Source: Pseudohongiella sp. (lineage in GTDB: Bacteria > Pseudomonadota > Gammaproteobacteria > Pseudomonadales > Pseudohongiellaceae). From it: a DNA stretch of 64,000 bases. Below are positions 39,670 through 49,688 of this stretch, piece after piece. Position numbers and translations under genes: made by a program. The notes under the pieces were generated by a model. The model ran no database searches. It saw only the letters and a list, made by a program, of their open reading frames with translations, and had not been told where the DNA came from. Within the stretch, counting starts at the first letter, position 1. Every line of letters begins with the position of its first letter. The stretch spans positions 160,774 to 224,773 of the forward strand of contig DAITNA010000003.1 in the NCBI GenBank assembly GCA_036834885.1. Reading direction: 5' to 3'.

Positions 39670-40752
39670 ATGCGAAAGTTTCTGCGCTCGTTCATGGACC
39701 GTTACTTCCATGATGAAGAGTCCATCATTTTCACCCTGATTCTGCTGGCTGCGCTGTTTGTCATTCTCAGCATCGGCTCCATCATTGCCCCGCTGATTGT
39801 TGCTGTCATTCTGGCCTATTTGCTGCAAGGGCTGGTCGGTGGCATGCAGCGCCTGGGCATGCCATATCTGCCATCGGTCATTGTGGTGTACACCCTGTTT
39901 GTCAGTGCCTTCATGGCTTTTTTACTGTTGGTGTTGCCGCAGGCCTGGGCACAGCTTGCCCGGCTGATCAACGAGCTGCCGCGTCTGCTCAGTGAGGGGC
40001 AGGCACTGTTGCTGGTGTTGCCTGAGCACTACCCCAATCTGGTCTCCGAACAGCAGATTCAGGACTTTATCCGCGGGCTGCGCGGTGAAGTCGCTTTGTG
40101 GGGGCAGACGCTGGTGTCCTATTCTATTGCGAGCCTGCCCAACATCTTTGACTGGATCATTTTTCTGATCCTGGTGCCGGTGCTTGTGTTTTTTATCATG
40201 AAAGACAAAACGTTGCTGGTGGACTGGGTGGCCAACCTGCTGCCGCGCCACCGTCCCCTGATGCAGCGCATCTGGCATGAAATGGATATGCAGGTCGCCA
40301 ATTATGTACGCGGGAAAGCACTGGAAATTCTGGTGCTGGGTGGCGCCAGTTATATTGTGTATATGCTGCTTGGGCTCAATTACGCTCTGTTGCTGGCGGT
40401 GCTGACGGGTTTGTCGGTCATCGTGCCATTTATCGGTGTGGCGGTGGTGTTTTTTCCAGTCACTGCGGTGGCCTATGCACAGTGGGGGTTCGGCAGCGAA
40501 TTTCTGACGGCGCTGGCCGCTTATGCGGTCATTCAGATACTGGATGCCAATGTGCTGGTGCCCATTATTTTTTCGGAAACCGTCAACCTGCATCCAGTGG
40601 CGATTATCACAGCCGTATTGGTATTTGGTGGTTTGTGGGGCCTGGCCGGTGTGTTTTTTGCGATCCCGCTGGCGACCCTGATCAAGGCGATTATCAACGC
40701 CTGGCCGACCCACCCGGCGGTCAATGGCCCTGAACCGCCAGGCGCCCGGTAA
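39670..40752 (+). CDS. AI-2E family transporter (PerM/YdiK-like, 360 aa)
   Basis: Multi-TM protein with the family-typical C-terminal half (..RGKALEILVLGGASYIVYMLLGLNYALLLAVLTGLSVIVPFIG..LDANVLVPIIFSE..). Confidence 0.8.
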   Translation: MRKFLRSFMDRYFHDEESIIFTLILLAALFVILSIGSIIAPLIVAVILAYLLQGLVGGMQRLGMPYLPSVIVVYTLFVSAFMAFLLLVLPQAWAQLARLINELPRLLSEGQALLLVLPEHYPNLVSEQQIQDFIRGLRGEVALWGQTLVSYSIASLPNIFDWIIFLILVPVLVFFIMKDKTLLVDWVANLLPRHRPLMQRIWHEMDMQVANYVRGKALEILVLGGASYIVYMLLGLNYALLLAVLTGLSVIVPFIGVAVVFFPVTAVAYAQWGFGSEFLTALAAYAVIQILDANVLVPIIFSETVNLHPVAIITAVLVFGGLWGLAGVFFAIPLATLIKAIINAWPTHPAVNGPEPPGAR

Positions 40753-40855
40753 ATCCGGATTCGGCCCTGTTAATAATGTCACAACAGATTTTTCCATGAG
40801 GGCTGCGGTGTGGTAGAGTCGCAGCCTGTCAGTACACCCAATCACGAGGTTTTGA

Positions 40856-41728
40856 ATGATTCAAGGCAGTATAGTGGCCATTGTCACGCCGATGTTGCCG
40901 GACGGCGCAATTGACTGGCCGGCGTTTGACAAGTTACTGGAGTGGCATGTCAGCAGCGGCACCAGCGCAGTGGTCGTTGTGGGTACCACTGGCGAGTCGC
41001 CCACCGTCACCGTTGAAGAGCACTGTGCCCTGATCGAGCGCAGCATCAAAACCATCAACGGTCGCATCCCGGTCATTGCCGGCACCGGTTCCAACTCCAC
41101 CGCCGAAGCCATTTATTACACCAAAGCCGCGCAGGAAGTGGGTGCCGATGCCTGCCTGCTGGTCACACCGTATTACAACAAACCCAGTCAGGAAGGTTTG
41201 TACCAGCACTTTAAAAAAGTGGCTGAGGAAGTCGACATTCCACAGATTCTGTACAACGTACCGGGCCGCACCGGTGTTGATCTGTTGCCGGAGACAGTGT
41301 CCCGCCTGGCTGACATCGACAATATTGTGGGGATCAAGGAAGCCACTGGCGATCTTGACCGCGGCCAGCAAGTGATTAATTTGTGTGCCAATCGCATTGC
41401 CATTTATAGCGGTGACGATGCTACCGCGCTGGATCTGATTCTGGCCGGTGCAAAAGGCAATATCTCGGTGACAGCCAACGTTGCGCCCGCCCAGATGGCC
41501 GAGGTATGCCGACTGGCGCTGGCTGGTGAAAAAGAAAAAGCCAGTCTGCTCAACGCACGTCTGGCCGGTTTGCACCATGCCTTGTTCCTTGAGTCCAATC
41601 CGGTCCCGGTGAAGTGGGCCCTGCATGAACTTGGCTGGATTGAAAACGGTATCCGCCTGCCGCTGGTGCCGTTAAACAAGGCTTACCATATTCCCTTGCG
41701 TGAAGCGATTCGCCACGCCGGACTTTGA
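40856..41728 (+). CDS. dapA: 4-hydroxy-tetrahydrodipicolinate synthase DapA (290 aa)
   Basis: MIQGSIVAIVTPM...VVVGTTGESPTV...PVIAGTGSNSTAEAI...LLVTPYYNKPSQEGLYQHF...ILYNVPGRTG...GIKEATG. Confidence 0.95.
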   Translation: MIQGSIVAIVTPMLPDGAIDWPAFDKLLEWHVSSGTSAVVVVGTTGESPTVTVEEHCALIERSIKTINGRIPVIAGTGSNSTAEAIYYTKAAQEVGADACLLVTPYYNKPSQEGLYQHFKKVAEEVDIPQILYNVPGRTGVDLLPETVSRLADIDNIVGIKEATGDLDRGQQVINLCANRIAIYSGDDATALDLILAGAKGNISVTANVAPAQMAEVCRLALAGEKEKASLLNARLAGLHHALFLESNPVPVKWALHELGWIENGIRLPLVPLNKAYHIPLREAIRHAGL

Positions 41729-41746
41729 TACACAGGTTCTGGACCG

Positions 41747-42811
41747 ATGTCAGTAATCAACCGCTACACCCTGCGCATTCCCATGCTGATGTCTCTGGCC
41801 ATCACCCTGCCTGCCTGTTCATGGCTGGGTCTGACTGGTGAAGATGGCGTGTTTCGTGACCGTCAGGGCGAGTATCTGGAAGCGCGTATTGCCCCGCCCA
41901 TGCAAGTGCCGCCGGGACTGGACACCGTGACCATCGCCGAGCTGTACCACATTCCTGATCTGCTGCCGGGTGATCGCGCCCTGTATGTGACACCGCCGGC
42001 CCCGAAACCGATCGACACCCGTATTCGCGAGGGCGTTGTGGTCCAGCGTTTTGGTGATCGCTCCTGGATAGTGATTGGTGCAACGGCCGGCCAGGTCTGG
42101 CCGCGTCTGCGTGACTACTGGTCCGCCGAAGGCATTGAGCTTGACATCGAAAACGCCGTGCAAGGCGTAATGGAAACGGTGTGGTTGCCGCAGTCAGAAA
42201 CCGATCTGCGTCACAAGTACCGCGTCTGGATAGAGCCGGGATTGCACGCAGGCAACTCTGAAATCTATGTGCGCCACATTGATGACAATGGTGAGACCAT
42301 GCCCGGTATGGTGGTGCAGTGGCCGGCGCAGTCGGAAAATCTGGAGCGCGAGACCACGATTCTGGCCTCCATTTCACTGTATCTGGCTGACCGTACAGAT
42401 ATTTATCGGGCATCATCGGTGTCCATGCTGGCCGGCAGCATCGAAGTGCAGGGCAAGGCATCGATTGTTGACGCCGGGCCTGGCAACACGCAGCTGGAAC
42501 TCAGACTGGACTATGACCGTGCCTGGAGCCAGCTCACACAGGCCATCAACAATGCCAATATTGACGTGCTGGAATCACTCAGCGAACAGCGCCAGATCCG
42601 GGTCGCCTTCACCGGCACCGAGAGTGCTGAGGAGCCTGGCTTTTTCCGGCGCCTGTTCACACGCGAAGACGATACACAGAGTATAGAGTTTGTTCTGCGT
42701 ATGGTGGGTCCGGAAGGAGCCATTCGCGTGGAGGCTTCCACTGCCGGTTCTGCGCCGGCGCCGTATGAGCAGGATCTGCTGATCCGCACCATCAACGACA
42801 ATCTGATCTGA
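41747..42811 (+). CDS. bamC: Outer membrane protein assembly factor BamC (354 aa)
   Basis: Lipobox LPAC, and the conserved position immediately after dapA. Confidence 0.8.
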   Translation: MSVINRYTLRIPMLMSLAITLPACSWLGLTGEDGVFRDRQGEYLEARIAPPMQVPPGLDTVTIAELYHIPDLLPGDRALYVTPPAPKPIDTRIREGVVVQRFGDRSWIVIGATAGQVWPRLRDYWSAEGIELDIENAVQGVMETVWLPQSETDLRHKYRVWIEPGLHAGNSEIYVRHIDDNGETMPGMVVQWPAQSENLERETTILASISLYLADRTDIYRASSVSMLAGSIEVQGKASIVDAGPGNTQLELRLDYDRAWSQLTQAINNANIDVLESLSEQRQIRVAFTGTESAEEPGFFRRLFTREDDTQSIEFVLRMVGPEGAIRVEASTAGSAPAPYEQDLLIRTINDNLI

Positions 42812-42812
42812 C

Positions 42813-44105
42813 ATGGAAGTTCTGCTGTCGGTGCCAACCCTGATGCTGGTACTGATGGCAGCGCTGGCGCTGCTGTCCGGGGTTCTGCTGGGTTGGCTGA
42901 TTGCGTCCAGACGCGCCTCGCTGTTACGCGAAGAGCTGGTGCAGTCGCGTACCCAGCTTGAGCAGGAGCGTGTCCACGCCGCCGAAAAATTCAACGCCTT
43001 GCAACATGCCCGTGATGACCTCAAACAACAGTTTCGGGTACTGGCTGCCGATGTACTGGATGAAAAATCCAGACGACTGCACGAGCAAAACTCACACGGC
43101 ATCGGCCATCTTCTCAAACCCTTGCAGGACAAAATCAGCCATTTCGAGAAACGCGTCGAAGAGACCTACAGCAAGGAAGCGCGCGAGCGTTTTTCGCTGG
43201 AGAAAGAGCTGCGTAATCTGCAAACACTCAATGCCCGCCTGAGCGAAGATGCGTTGAATCTGACGCGTGCGCTCAAGGGCGACAACAAGGCGCAAGGCAA
43301 CTGGGGCGAGTTTGTATTGAGCTCCATTCTGGAGGCCTCAGGTCTGACTGAAGGGCGTGAATACGAAACACAGAAAACTCTCAGCTCCCTGCAAACGCAC
43401 GCTGGCGATGACGGACGCGTATTGCGCAGTCAGCCGGATGTGCTGATTCATCTGCCTGACAACCGGCAGGTGATCATTGATGCCAAGGTATCCCTGACAG
43501 CATACGAGCGCTTTTGTTCGGCGCAGGACGATGAACAACGGCAGCAGTTTCTGCAGCAGCATGTGCAATCACTACGATTGCATATCCGGCAACTGAGTGA
43601 AAAACGCTACCAGCATTTGCCACAGTTGAACTCACTGGATTTTGTATTGCTGTTTACCCCGATAGAGCCGGCATTCTCACTCGCATTGCAGCACGATCCG
43701 GCATTGTTCAATGCCGCCTTTGAGCATCAGATTGTGTTGGTGGGCCCGTCAACCTTGCTGGCAACCTTGCGCACGATTCAGAATATCTGGCGCTATGAGC
43801 ATCAGAGTCGCAATGCGCAGGATATTGCGATCAAGGCAGGTGCCATGTATGACAAATTTGTCAATTTTGCAGAAGACATGGACGACCTGGGCAAAAAACT
43901 GGACATCACGCGCCGCAGTTATGATTCGGCCATGAATAAATTGCAAAGCGGGCGCGGCAATCTGATCAGTCGCGCTGAGACTCTGCGTGAGCTCGGCGCT
44001 CGCGCCAGCAAACAGCAAACCGGCGAGCGTCTGGCGATAGCACGTGAACACAGCATGGAAGAGAGCACGGAAGACAACCGCGATCAGTCCTCAGCAAACG
44101 AGTAG
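42813..44105 (+). CDS. rmuC: DNA recombination protein RmuC (430 aa)
   Basis: N-terminal TM segment, a long coiled coil, and a RmuC nuclease-like core (..GNWGEFVLSSILEASGL..PDVLIHLPDNRQVIIDAKVSL..). Confidence 0.88.
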   Translation: MEVLLSVPTLMLVLMAALALLSGVLLGWLIASRRASLLREELVQSRTQLEQERVHAAEKFNALQHARDDLKQQFRVLAADVLDEKSRRLHEQNSHGIGHLLKPLQDKISHFEKRVEETYSKEARERFSLEKELRNLQTLNARLSEDALNLTRALKGDNKAQGNWGEFVLSSILEASGLTEGREYETQKTLSSLQTHAGDDGRVLRSQPDVLIHLPDNRQVIIDAKVSLTAYERFCSAQDDEQRQQFLQQHVQSLRLHIRQLSEKRYQHLPQLNSLDFVLLFTPIEPAFSLALQHDPALFNAAFEHQIVLVGPSTLLATLRTIQNIWRYEHQSRNAQDIAIKAGAMYDKFVNFAEDMDDLGKKLDITRRSYDSAMNKLQSGRGNLISRAETLRELGARASKQQTGERLAIAREHSMEESTEDNRDQSSANE

Positions 44106-44129
44106 AAATTAACCGGGTAGTTATCGATC

Positions 44130-44765
44130 ATGAGCAGAAGTATTGCACAGGCAGCCTTGCAGCAACTGGAACAGTTCCTGCCTTGTCCCACACCACAAGC
44201 GTGGCTGGACTGGGCCTTGCAGAACCAGACATTGTTGCTGACAGATCATGCCAACTGTGAAAAAAAAGCGGCATCCAATGCCATGACCTTGATGTACCGT
44301 CATGTCGGACATACCGGGCTGTTGACCAAAATGTCACAACTGGCACGCGAAGAGTTGCTGCATTTTGAACAGGTGGTAGCCTTGATGGCTGCCCGCAATA
44401 TTCCGTACGAACGTATTGGTGCCTCACGTTATGCGTCGGGTTTGCGCGCACTGATGCGCACCGATCATCACGGGGGTTTGATTGACAGTTTGCTGGTTGG
44501 TGCGATTGTTGAAGCGCGCTCCTGTGAGCGGTTTGCCCGTCTGGCACCCTTGCTGGATGAGGAGCTGGGGCGTTTCTATCGCAGTCTGCTGCGCTCGGAG
44601 GCGCGACACTTCCAGGACTACCTGGCGCTGGCTGCAGAGTTTAATGAGCAACACGGTGGCCAGCAGGCCATCGATGAGCGTCTGGCTGTGTTTATGACGT
44701 TGGAGCGTGAGCTGATAGAGTCAACGGATACCGAGTTCCGCTTTCACAGTGGTGTGCCCGCCTGA
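44130..44765 (+). CDS. miaE: tRNA-(ms2io6A37)-hydroxylase MiaE (211 aa)
   Basis: LLTDHANCEKKAASNAMTLMYRH...EELLHFEQV...VGAIVEARSCERF...EARHFQDYL are di-iron helix-bundle motifs of MiaE. Confidence 0.85.
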   Translation: MSRSIAQAALQQLEQFLPCPTPQAWLDWALQNQTLLLTDHANCEKKAASNAMTLMYRHVGHTGLLTKMSQLAREELLHFEQVVALMAARNIPYERIGASRYASGLRALMRTDHHGGLIDSLLVGAIVEARSCERFARLAPLLDEELGRFYRSLLRSEARHFQDYLALAAEFNEQHGGQQAIDERLAVFMTLERELIESTDTEFRFHSGVPA

Positions 44766-44784
44766 GCCCTGATCATGGGCTGGA

Positions 44785-45312
44785 TTACGGTGCACAAATC
44801 TCCGGCCTGAGCAAATTGTTTTGCAGCCGCTCACCCAGCGCGTCCAGTTGAGCGCAGGGAATCAGAGGGTTGCCGGTCAGCACAGCACTGGTCAGTGAGC
44901 TATTGCGCAGCAGTGCGCTGATGTCCTGCAGACGATTCTCCGGTGCGTTGACGGAACTCAACCGCGACAGTGCTTGCAAGCCATCCAGATTGATCAACTC
45001 GTTGCCAGCCAGATCCAGAAAACGCAGATTCACCAGCTGTTCGATACCGGCCAGTGATGCAATCTCAAGACCGGGGCAGGCCAGTACTTCAACGGCTGTC
45101 ACATCACTCAATGCGCGCTCGCGCATCAACACATTGATGCAGCTTTGTAGTCCGGGGTCCTGCACCGTCACCACCGCGTTGCCGGGTCTGGGGTCGTACA
45201 ACATCTGATCATTCAGACTGACACTGAATCGCCGGCTGCACGCAGTCAGCACAATCAGCGTCAACAACAGCAGGCTGAGGGCAGCGGTTCTGCCAAATGT
45301 TCGGATGTACAT
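44785..45312 (-). CDS. Leucine-rich-repeat lipoprotein (175 aa)
   Basis: Lipobox in MYIRTFGRTAALSLLLLTLIVLTAC, then LRR units (IEQLVNLRFLDLAGNELINLDGLQALSRLSSVNAPENRLQDISALLRNSSLTSAVLTGNPL). The ATG at 45312 was chosen. Confidence 0.7.
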   Translation of the reverse strand: MYIRTFGRTAALSLLLLTLIVLTACSRRFSVSLNDQMLYDPRPGNAVVTVQDPGLQSCINVLMRERALSDVTAVEVLACPGLEIASLAGIEQLVNLRFLDLAGNELINLDGLQALSRLSSVNAPENRLQDISALLRNSSLTSAVLTGNPLIPCAQLDALGERLQNNLLRPEICAP

Positions 45313-45443
45313 CACAGGGTTCCTCCGGTTCAAGGCGACATACTGTATACGAGCACGCCTCAAAGCGCACTGGAAATACCGGGACACAGGGTTTAGACTG
45401 ACCGGCGTTTGAGAACCCATGATCCCGACAGGACAATTTAATT

Positions 45444-46142
45444 ATGAACAAAATTCGCGCCACTGGCCTCGGCCTGGCGATTTCCCTGCTGATGGCAGGC
45501 ACAAGCACACAAGCCCAGGACGTGGATCTGACTGTAGAGCGCAATCAGATCAGCTACAGCGTCGGTGTCAATATTGGACAAAACCTTGCCATGCAGGGAC
45601 TGGCCGAACAGATTGATCTGGACGCCTTTGTCGCCGGTCTGCGCGACATCGTACTGGGTCAGCCAAAGATGACCGAAGATGAAGTGATGAATGCGCTGAT
45701 GACCTTCCAGCAGCAGCTGGTCGAGCAACAGCAGGCGATGGCCGAAGCCGCCCGTAACGAAGGTGTTGAGTTCCTGGCCCAGAATGGCCAGCGCAGTGGT
45801 GTCACCACCACCGCCTCCGGCTTGCAATATGAAGTGCTGGAGTCCGGTGACGCAGCCGGCAGCTCGCCCGCAGCAGCTGACTCGGTGCTGGCGCATTACG
45901 AAGGCCGTTTTATTGATGGTGAAGTGTTCGACAGCTCAATCGAGCGTGGAGAACCTGCCCAGTTTATGCTGAACCAGGTGATTCCAGGCTGGACCGAAGG
46001 TCTGCAACTGATGAAGCCGGGCGACAAATGGCGCCTGTACATCCCGTCGGATCTCGCCTACGGTCCCGGTGGTTCGGGTCCGATCCCGCCATTCTCCGTA
46101 CTGGTGTTTGATGTTGAGCTGATTGAGGTTAACCCCCAGTAA
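45444..46142 (+). CDS. fkpA: Periplasmic FKBP-type peptidyl-prolyl isomerase (FkpA/Mip-like, 232 aa)
   Basis: Signal peptide, a helical dimerisation domain, and an FKBP domain (VLAHYEGRFIDGEVFDSS...VIPGWTEGLQLMKPGDKWRLYIPSDLAYG). Confidence 0.85.
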   Translation: MNKIRATGLGLAISLLMAGTSTQAQDVDLTVERNQISYSVGVNIGQNLAMQGLAEQIDLDAFVAGLRDIVLGQPKMTEDEVMNALMTFQQQLVEQQQAMAEAARNEGVEFLAQNGQRSGVTTTASGLQYEVLESGDAAGSSPAAADSVLAHYEGRFIDGEVFDSSIERGEPAQFMLNQVIPGWTEGLQLMKPGDKWRLYIPSDLAYGPGGSGPIPPFSVLVFDVELIEVNPQ

Positions 46143-46151
46143 CAACGCGAT

Positions 46152-47498
46152 GTGAGCAGGCAATCAGTGGATAAACAACACTTCAATCAGGGGCTGTTGA
46201 CATTCTTGCAACAGTCCCCGACGCCCTTTCACGCTGTGCAAACCATGATGGCACGTCTGGAAGAGGTCGGTTTTGAATGGCTGGACGAAGCCGGCAGCTG
46301 GCAGTTGCAGGCCGGTCGCTCCTATGTTGTCCAGCGTAATGGTTCGTCCCTGATTGCCTTTCGTCTGGGGCAGGGTGACCCGGCAGAGTCCGGGTTTCAC
46401 ATGGCTGGCGCCCATACCGACAGTCCCTGCCTCAAACTCAAGCCCAATGCCGTCATGCAGAGCGCAGGGGCGGTACAGTTTGCCGTCGAAGTCTATGGTG
46501 GCGCCCTGCTGGCGCCGTGGTTTGACCGCGATCTGTCGCTGGCTGGCCGGGTGGAGTACCTCAACGACGAGGGTCAGATCCGTTCAGTGCTGCTGAACTG
46601 GCAGCGCGCGATCGCCACTGTACCCAGTCTGGCCATTCATCTGGATCGTGAAGCCAACCAGAATCGCAGCATTAATGCGCAGAAAGACCTGCCGCCGTTA
46701 CTCGCGCTGCCCAATGGCGGCGGGCGCTTTGAGTTTGACAGTTTTATTCGCGAGGCACTGCGCGAGCAACATGGTCTGAATGACCTGGGCAAGGTACTGG
46801 GCCACGAATTGTATTTTTACGACACCCAGCCGCCCGCCCTGATCGGCCTGAACAACGATTTTATTGCCTCGGCGCGGCTGGACAACCTGCTCAGCTGCCA
46901 TGTCGGACTGGAAGCTTTGCTGGCGGCTCACCGTGAGCAGTCAACGCAGTTTTCGCTGCTGGTGTGCAATGATCACGAAGAGGTGGGCAGCGCATCAGCC
47001 TGTGGTGCTCAGGGACCTTTCCTGCGCTCGGTGCTGGCACGCATCAGCGCGCAGCTCAGCGCTGGTGATGCCGCCGAGGCGATGGAGCGCATGATGCGCC
47101 GTTCGCTGTTTCTCTCCATCGACAATGCCCATGGTTTGCACCCCAACTTCCCTGAAAAACATGATGGCAACCATGGTCCTGTGCTCAACAAGGGGCCGGT
47201 GATCAAGGTCAATGCCAACCAGCGTTATGCCACCAACAGCCGCAGCACGGCGATCTTCCGCGCGCTGTGCGAACTGAGCCATGTGCCGTGCCAGTCTTTT
47301 GTGGTGCGCAGTGACATGGGTTGTGGCAGCACCATAGGCCCGATTACGGCCTCGGGCCTGGGTGTTGAGACCATCGACATTGGTGTGCCGACCTTCGGCA
47401 TGCACTCCATTCGCGAGCTGGCCGGCAGTGACGATGCCTGGTACACCGCGCGCGTATTGCACAATTTCTACAGCCATCCCCTGCCGCTGATCAGCTGA
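46152..47498 (+). CDS. apeB: M18-family aminopeptidase (ApeB-like, 448 aa, GTG start)
   Basis: FLQQSPTPFHAV...GAHTDSPCLKLKPN...NDHEEVGS...GVPTFGMHSIRE. Confidence 0.85.
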   Translation: MSRQSVDKQHFNQGLLTFLQQSPTPFHAVQTMMARLEEVGFEWLDEAGSWQLQAGRSYVVQRNGSSLIAFRLGQGDPAESGFHMAGAHTDSPCLKLKPNAVMQSAGAVQFAVEVYGGALLAPWFDRDLSLAGRVEYLNDEGQIRSVLLNWQRAIATVPSLAIHLDREANQNRSINAQKDLPPLLALPNGGGRFEFDSFIREALREQHGLNDLGKVLGHELYFYDTQPPALIGLNNDFIASARLDNLLSCHVGLEALLAAHREQSTQFSLLVCNDHEEVGSASACGAQGPFLRSVLARISAQLSAGDAAEAMERMMRRSLFLSIDNAHGLHPNFPEKHDGNHGPVLNKGPVIKVNANQRYATNSRSTAIFRALCELSHVPCQSFVVRSDMGCGSTIGPITASGLGVETIDIGVPTFGMHSIRELAGSDDAWYTARVLHNFYSHPLPLIS

Positions 47499-47535
47499 TC
47501 AGCCTCTCCCCATTAACCACTCAGTGGACGACTGT

Positions 47536-49584
47536 TCAGCGGCTGTGCGAGTTGTTCTGGCGCTTGCGCAGGCGTCTGACAAAACGCGCCGGGCTGATCA
47601 GTGCCGATTGTGCCTGTGGCAACGGGCTGGCCTCGTGACAGATCAGCGCAGCAAGATGTTCGGCAATCAGCGGACAGCTGACGGTGCCGTGTGAACCATG
47701 ACCACTGCTGATGTACAGCCCCGGCAAGTCGCTGATGTCGCTGCCGGCTCGCGTTTGTGAGGCATCAGCCACAGCCCCTGCAATCGGCAGGTAATCCTGC
47801 GAGGCGCCGCGAATGCTGGCACGTCCGCTCATGTCAGCGTCGCGCTGGAATCCCGGCAAGGTGAACAGCACTCCCAGTTTGTCCAGATTGTCCTGATGCT
47901 CTGTGGGGTTCAGATCCGTATTTTCGGTGTGTTTGACGTAACTGGCACCGGCGCAGTGCAGTCCGTGCGCATCTGCCGGTGCCAGATAACGCTGGCCGCA
48001 GATCACCTGTCTGATTGCGCCGGACTCAGGTGTTTGAGCCAGATGGCTGACCTGGCCGCGCAAGGGCAGCACGGGATAAATCGCAGTTTGTTCAAACGCG
48101 CGCGCCTGATAACTGTTGGCCACCACCACACAGTCAGCGTTCAGTGTGCTGCCGGGACTTGTGCGGCCATCGGGTAGCAGGTTTTCTGTGTGGACCTGCC
48201 AGCGCTCTCCATCCCGACACATAGCGGTGACGCGTGTTGAACACAGGGTTTGTATCCGGGCGTGATCAAGGCACAGGCGCACACATTGGCCGGGATTGAT
48301 CCAGCCGCCAGCTGGCTGCCACAGGCCGCTGTCGTTAATCGCCAGTCCCGTCAGCGCCTGAATTTGCCCGGCAGACAGCGCGCTGAGCACGCCCGGCGGA
48401 TAGTGCTGCCAGGGATTGTTGTCCTCATTTGTCTCGCCATCACTGGCGCCCGACAGGTCTTTTGTACCCGACAGGTCTTTTGTAAACGTATAGGCGCTTT
48501 CCAGCGTCAGCACGCCACAGGCATGCCAGTCGAATCCGGGCTCGACCTGTTTCAGCGCGTCGTAATGACGCAGGGCATACAGGTAGCTGTGCAGATGGAA
48601 GGACCAGGCCGCATCAGCGTGTTTGTTCAGCCGCAGTTGCACCACTGCCTGGCGGTTGCCAGATGCGCCACTGGCAGGCTCTGCTGCCTGTTCGAGCACC
48701 CTGACCTGCACACCCCGCAGCGCCAGCGCCCTGGCCACCGTGGCACCCGCCAGTCCGGCACCGATCACTATCGCAGTGGCAGGGGGTGCGGTTTTGGTCT
48801 GACCGGCCTCAAACTGTGCAAACAGCATATGCCGTTTGTGGCCAAAACCCTGGCGTTTTTCGACCTTGAATCCCAGCGCTTTCAGGTAACGCACAACACG
48901 GCCGGTCACGCTGTAGGAGCTCAGCGTGGTGCCACGGTGGCTGAGACGGGCGAGGGTATCCATCAGTGGCTCTGACCACAGGTCCGGATTCAGGCCCGGT
49001 GAGAAACCATCCAGAAACCAGGCATCAACACGGGCGTGAGTGCTGGATTGCCGACCCAACAGCGTGAGAGCGTCGCCGTAGTACAAATCCAGCGTCACCG
49101 CAGCGCCACCCGGATGTCCGCTACGCATCAGCAGTCTGTGGTAACCGGGCACCGCCGGCGGATACTGTTGAATCAGATGCTGACTGACATCGCCAAGCTC
49201 AGGCCATTGTTGCAGCGCTTTTTGCAGGGCATCTTCCGATAAAGGGTGCTTCTCGCAACTGATAAAGTGCAGGCGCAAACGCTGGCAAGCGGTTTGCTGC
49301 CACAATTGCCAGCACGCCAGAAAGTTCAGGCCAGTGCCAAAACCCAGCTCGGCAATGGTGAACACGCCTGGATTGTCCAGCGCATCAAGCTCGCGCCAGC
49401 GTTGCTGCAGGGCATTGGCCTCCAGAAACACGTGGCGGGTTTCGGCCAGTCCGCCGCTGCGTGAGAAATAGACGTCACCGTACCGGGCCGAGAAGGGCGC
49501 GCCGTCGTCCTGCCATTGCAGTTCGGCCGCTTGCAGGGTGGTGATGGCATCGGGTTGTTCAGTGGACAGGGTCATGGCGCGCAT
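47536..49584 (-). CDS. mnmC: Bifunctional tRNA mnm5s2U34 methyltransferase / FAD-dependent cmnm5s2U34 oxidoreductase MnmC (682 aa)
   Basis: The N-terminal methyltransferase domain (FSARYGDVYFS...FTIAELGFGTGLNFL...DAWFLDGFSP) is fused to a DAO-type FAD domain (VIGAGLAGATVARALALRG). Confidence 0.9.
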   Translation of the reverse strand: MRAMTLSTEQPDAITTLQAAELQWQDDGAPFSARYGDVYFSRSGGLAETRHVFLEANALQQRWRELDALDNPGVFTIAELGFGTGLNFLACWQLWQQTACQRLRLHFISCEKHPLSEDALQKALQQWPELGDVSQHLIQQYPPAVPGYHRLLMRSGHPGGAAVTLDLYYGDALTLLGRQSSTHARVDAWFLDGFSPGLNPDLWSEPLMDTLARLSHRGTTLSSYSVTGRVVRYLKALGFKVEKRQGFGHKRHMLFAQFEAGQTKTAPPATAIVIGAGLAGATVARALALRGVQVRVLEQAAEPASGASGNRQAVVQLRLNKHADAAWSFHLHSYLYALRHYDALKQVEPGFDWHACGVLTLESAYTFTKDLSGTKDLSGASDGETNEDNNPWQHYPPGVLSALSAGQIQALTGLAINDSGLWQPAGGWINPGQCVRLCLDHARIQTLCSTRVTAMCRDGERWQVHTENLLPDGRTSPGSTLNADCVVVANSYQARAFEQTAIYPVLPLRGQVSHLAQTPESGAIRQVICGQRYLAPADAHGLHCAGASYVKHTENTDLNPTEHQDNLDKLGVLFTLPGFQRDADMSGRASIRGASQDYLPIAGAVADASQTRAGSDISDLPGLYISSGHGSHGTVSCPLIAEHLAALICHEASPLPQAQSALISPARFVRRLRKRQNNSHSR
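48449..48484. repeat. Perfect 18-bp tandem duplication inside mnmC
   Basis: CCCGACAGGTCTTTTGTA occurs at 48449-48466 and again at 48467-48484. It encodes TKDLSG-TKDLSG, within the C-terminal FAD (oxidoreductase) half of the protein, about 90 aa downstream of its GAGLAG motif. Confidence 0.95.
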
Positions 49585-49688
49585 TCTACCGCATGCGCTT
49601 GCGCCTGCTCAGGCAAATGTTGCCTGTGAATACAGGGGCATCCTGTTGTAAAATGCGCGTCTTTTATTGCTCGCCGGCGGGAATCTGC

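Noticed and set aside
40801-40826. A 7-bp stem hairpin (GGCTGCG...CGCAGCC) upstream of dapA, considered as a riboswitch or terminator.
   Set aside because: It has no T tract and no resemblance to the lysine riboswitch core that I can recognise. It is probably incidental.
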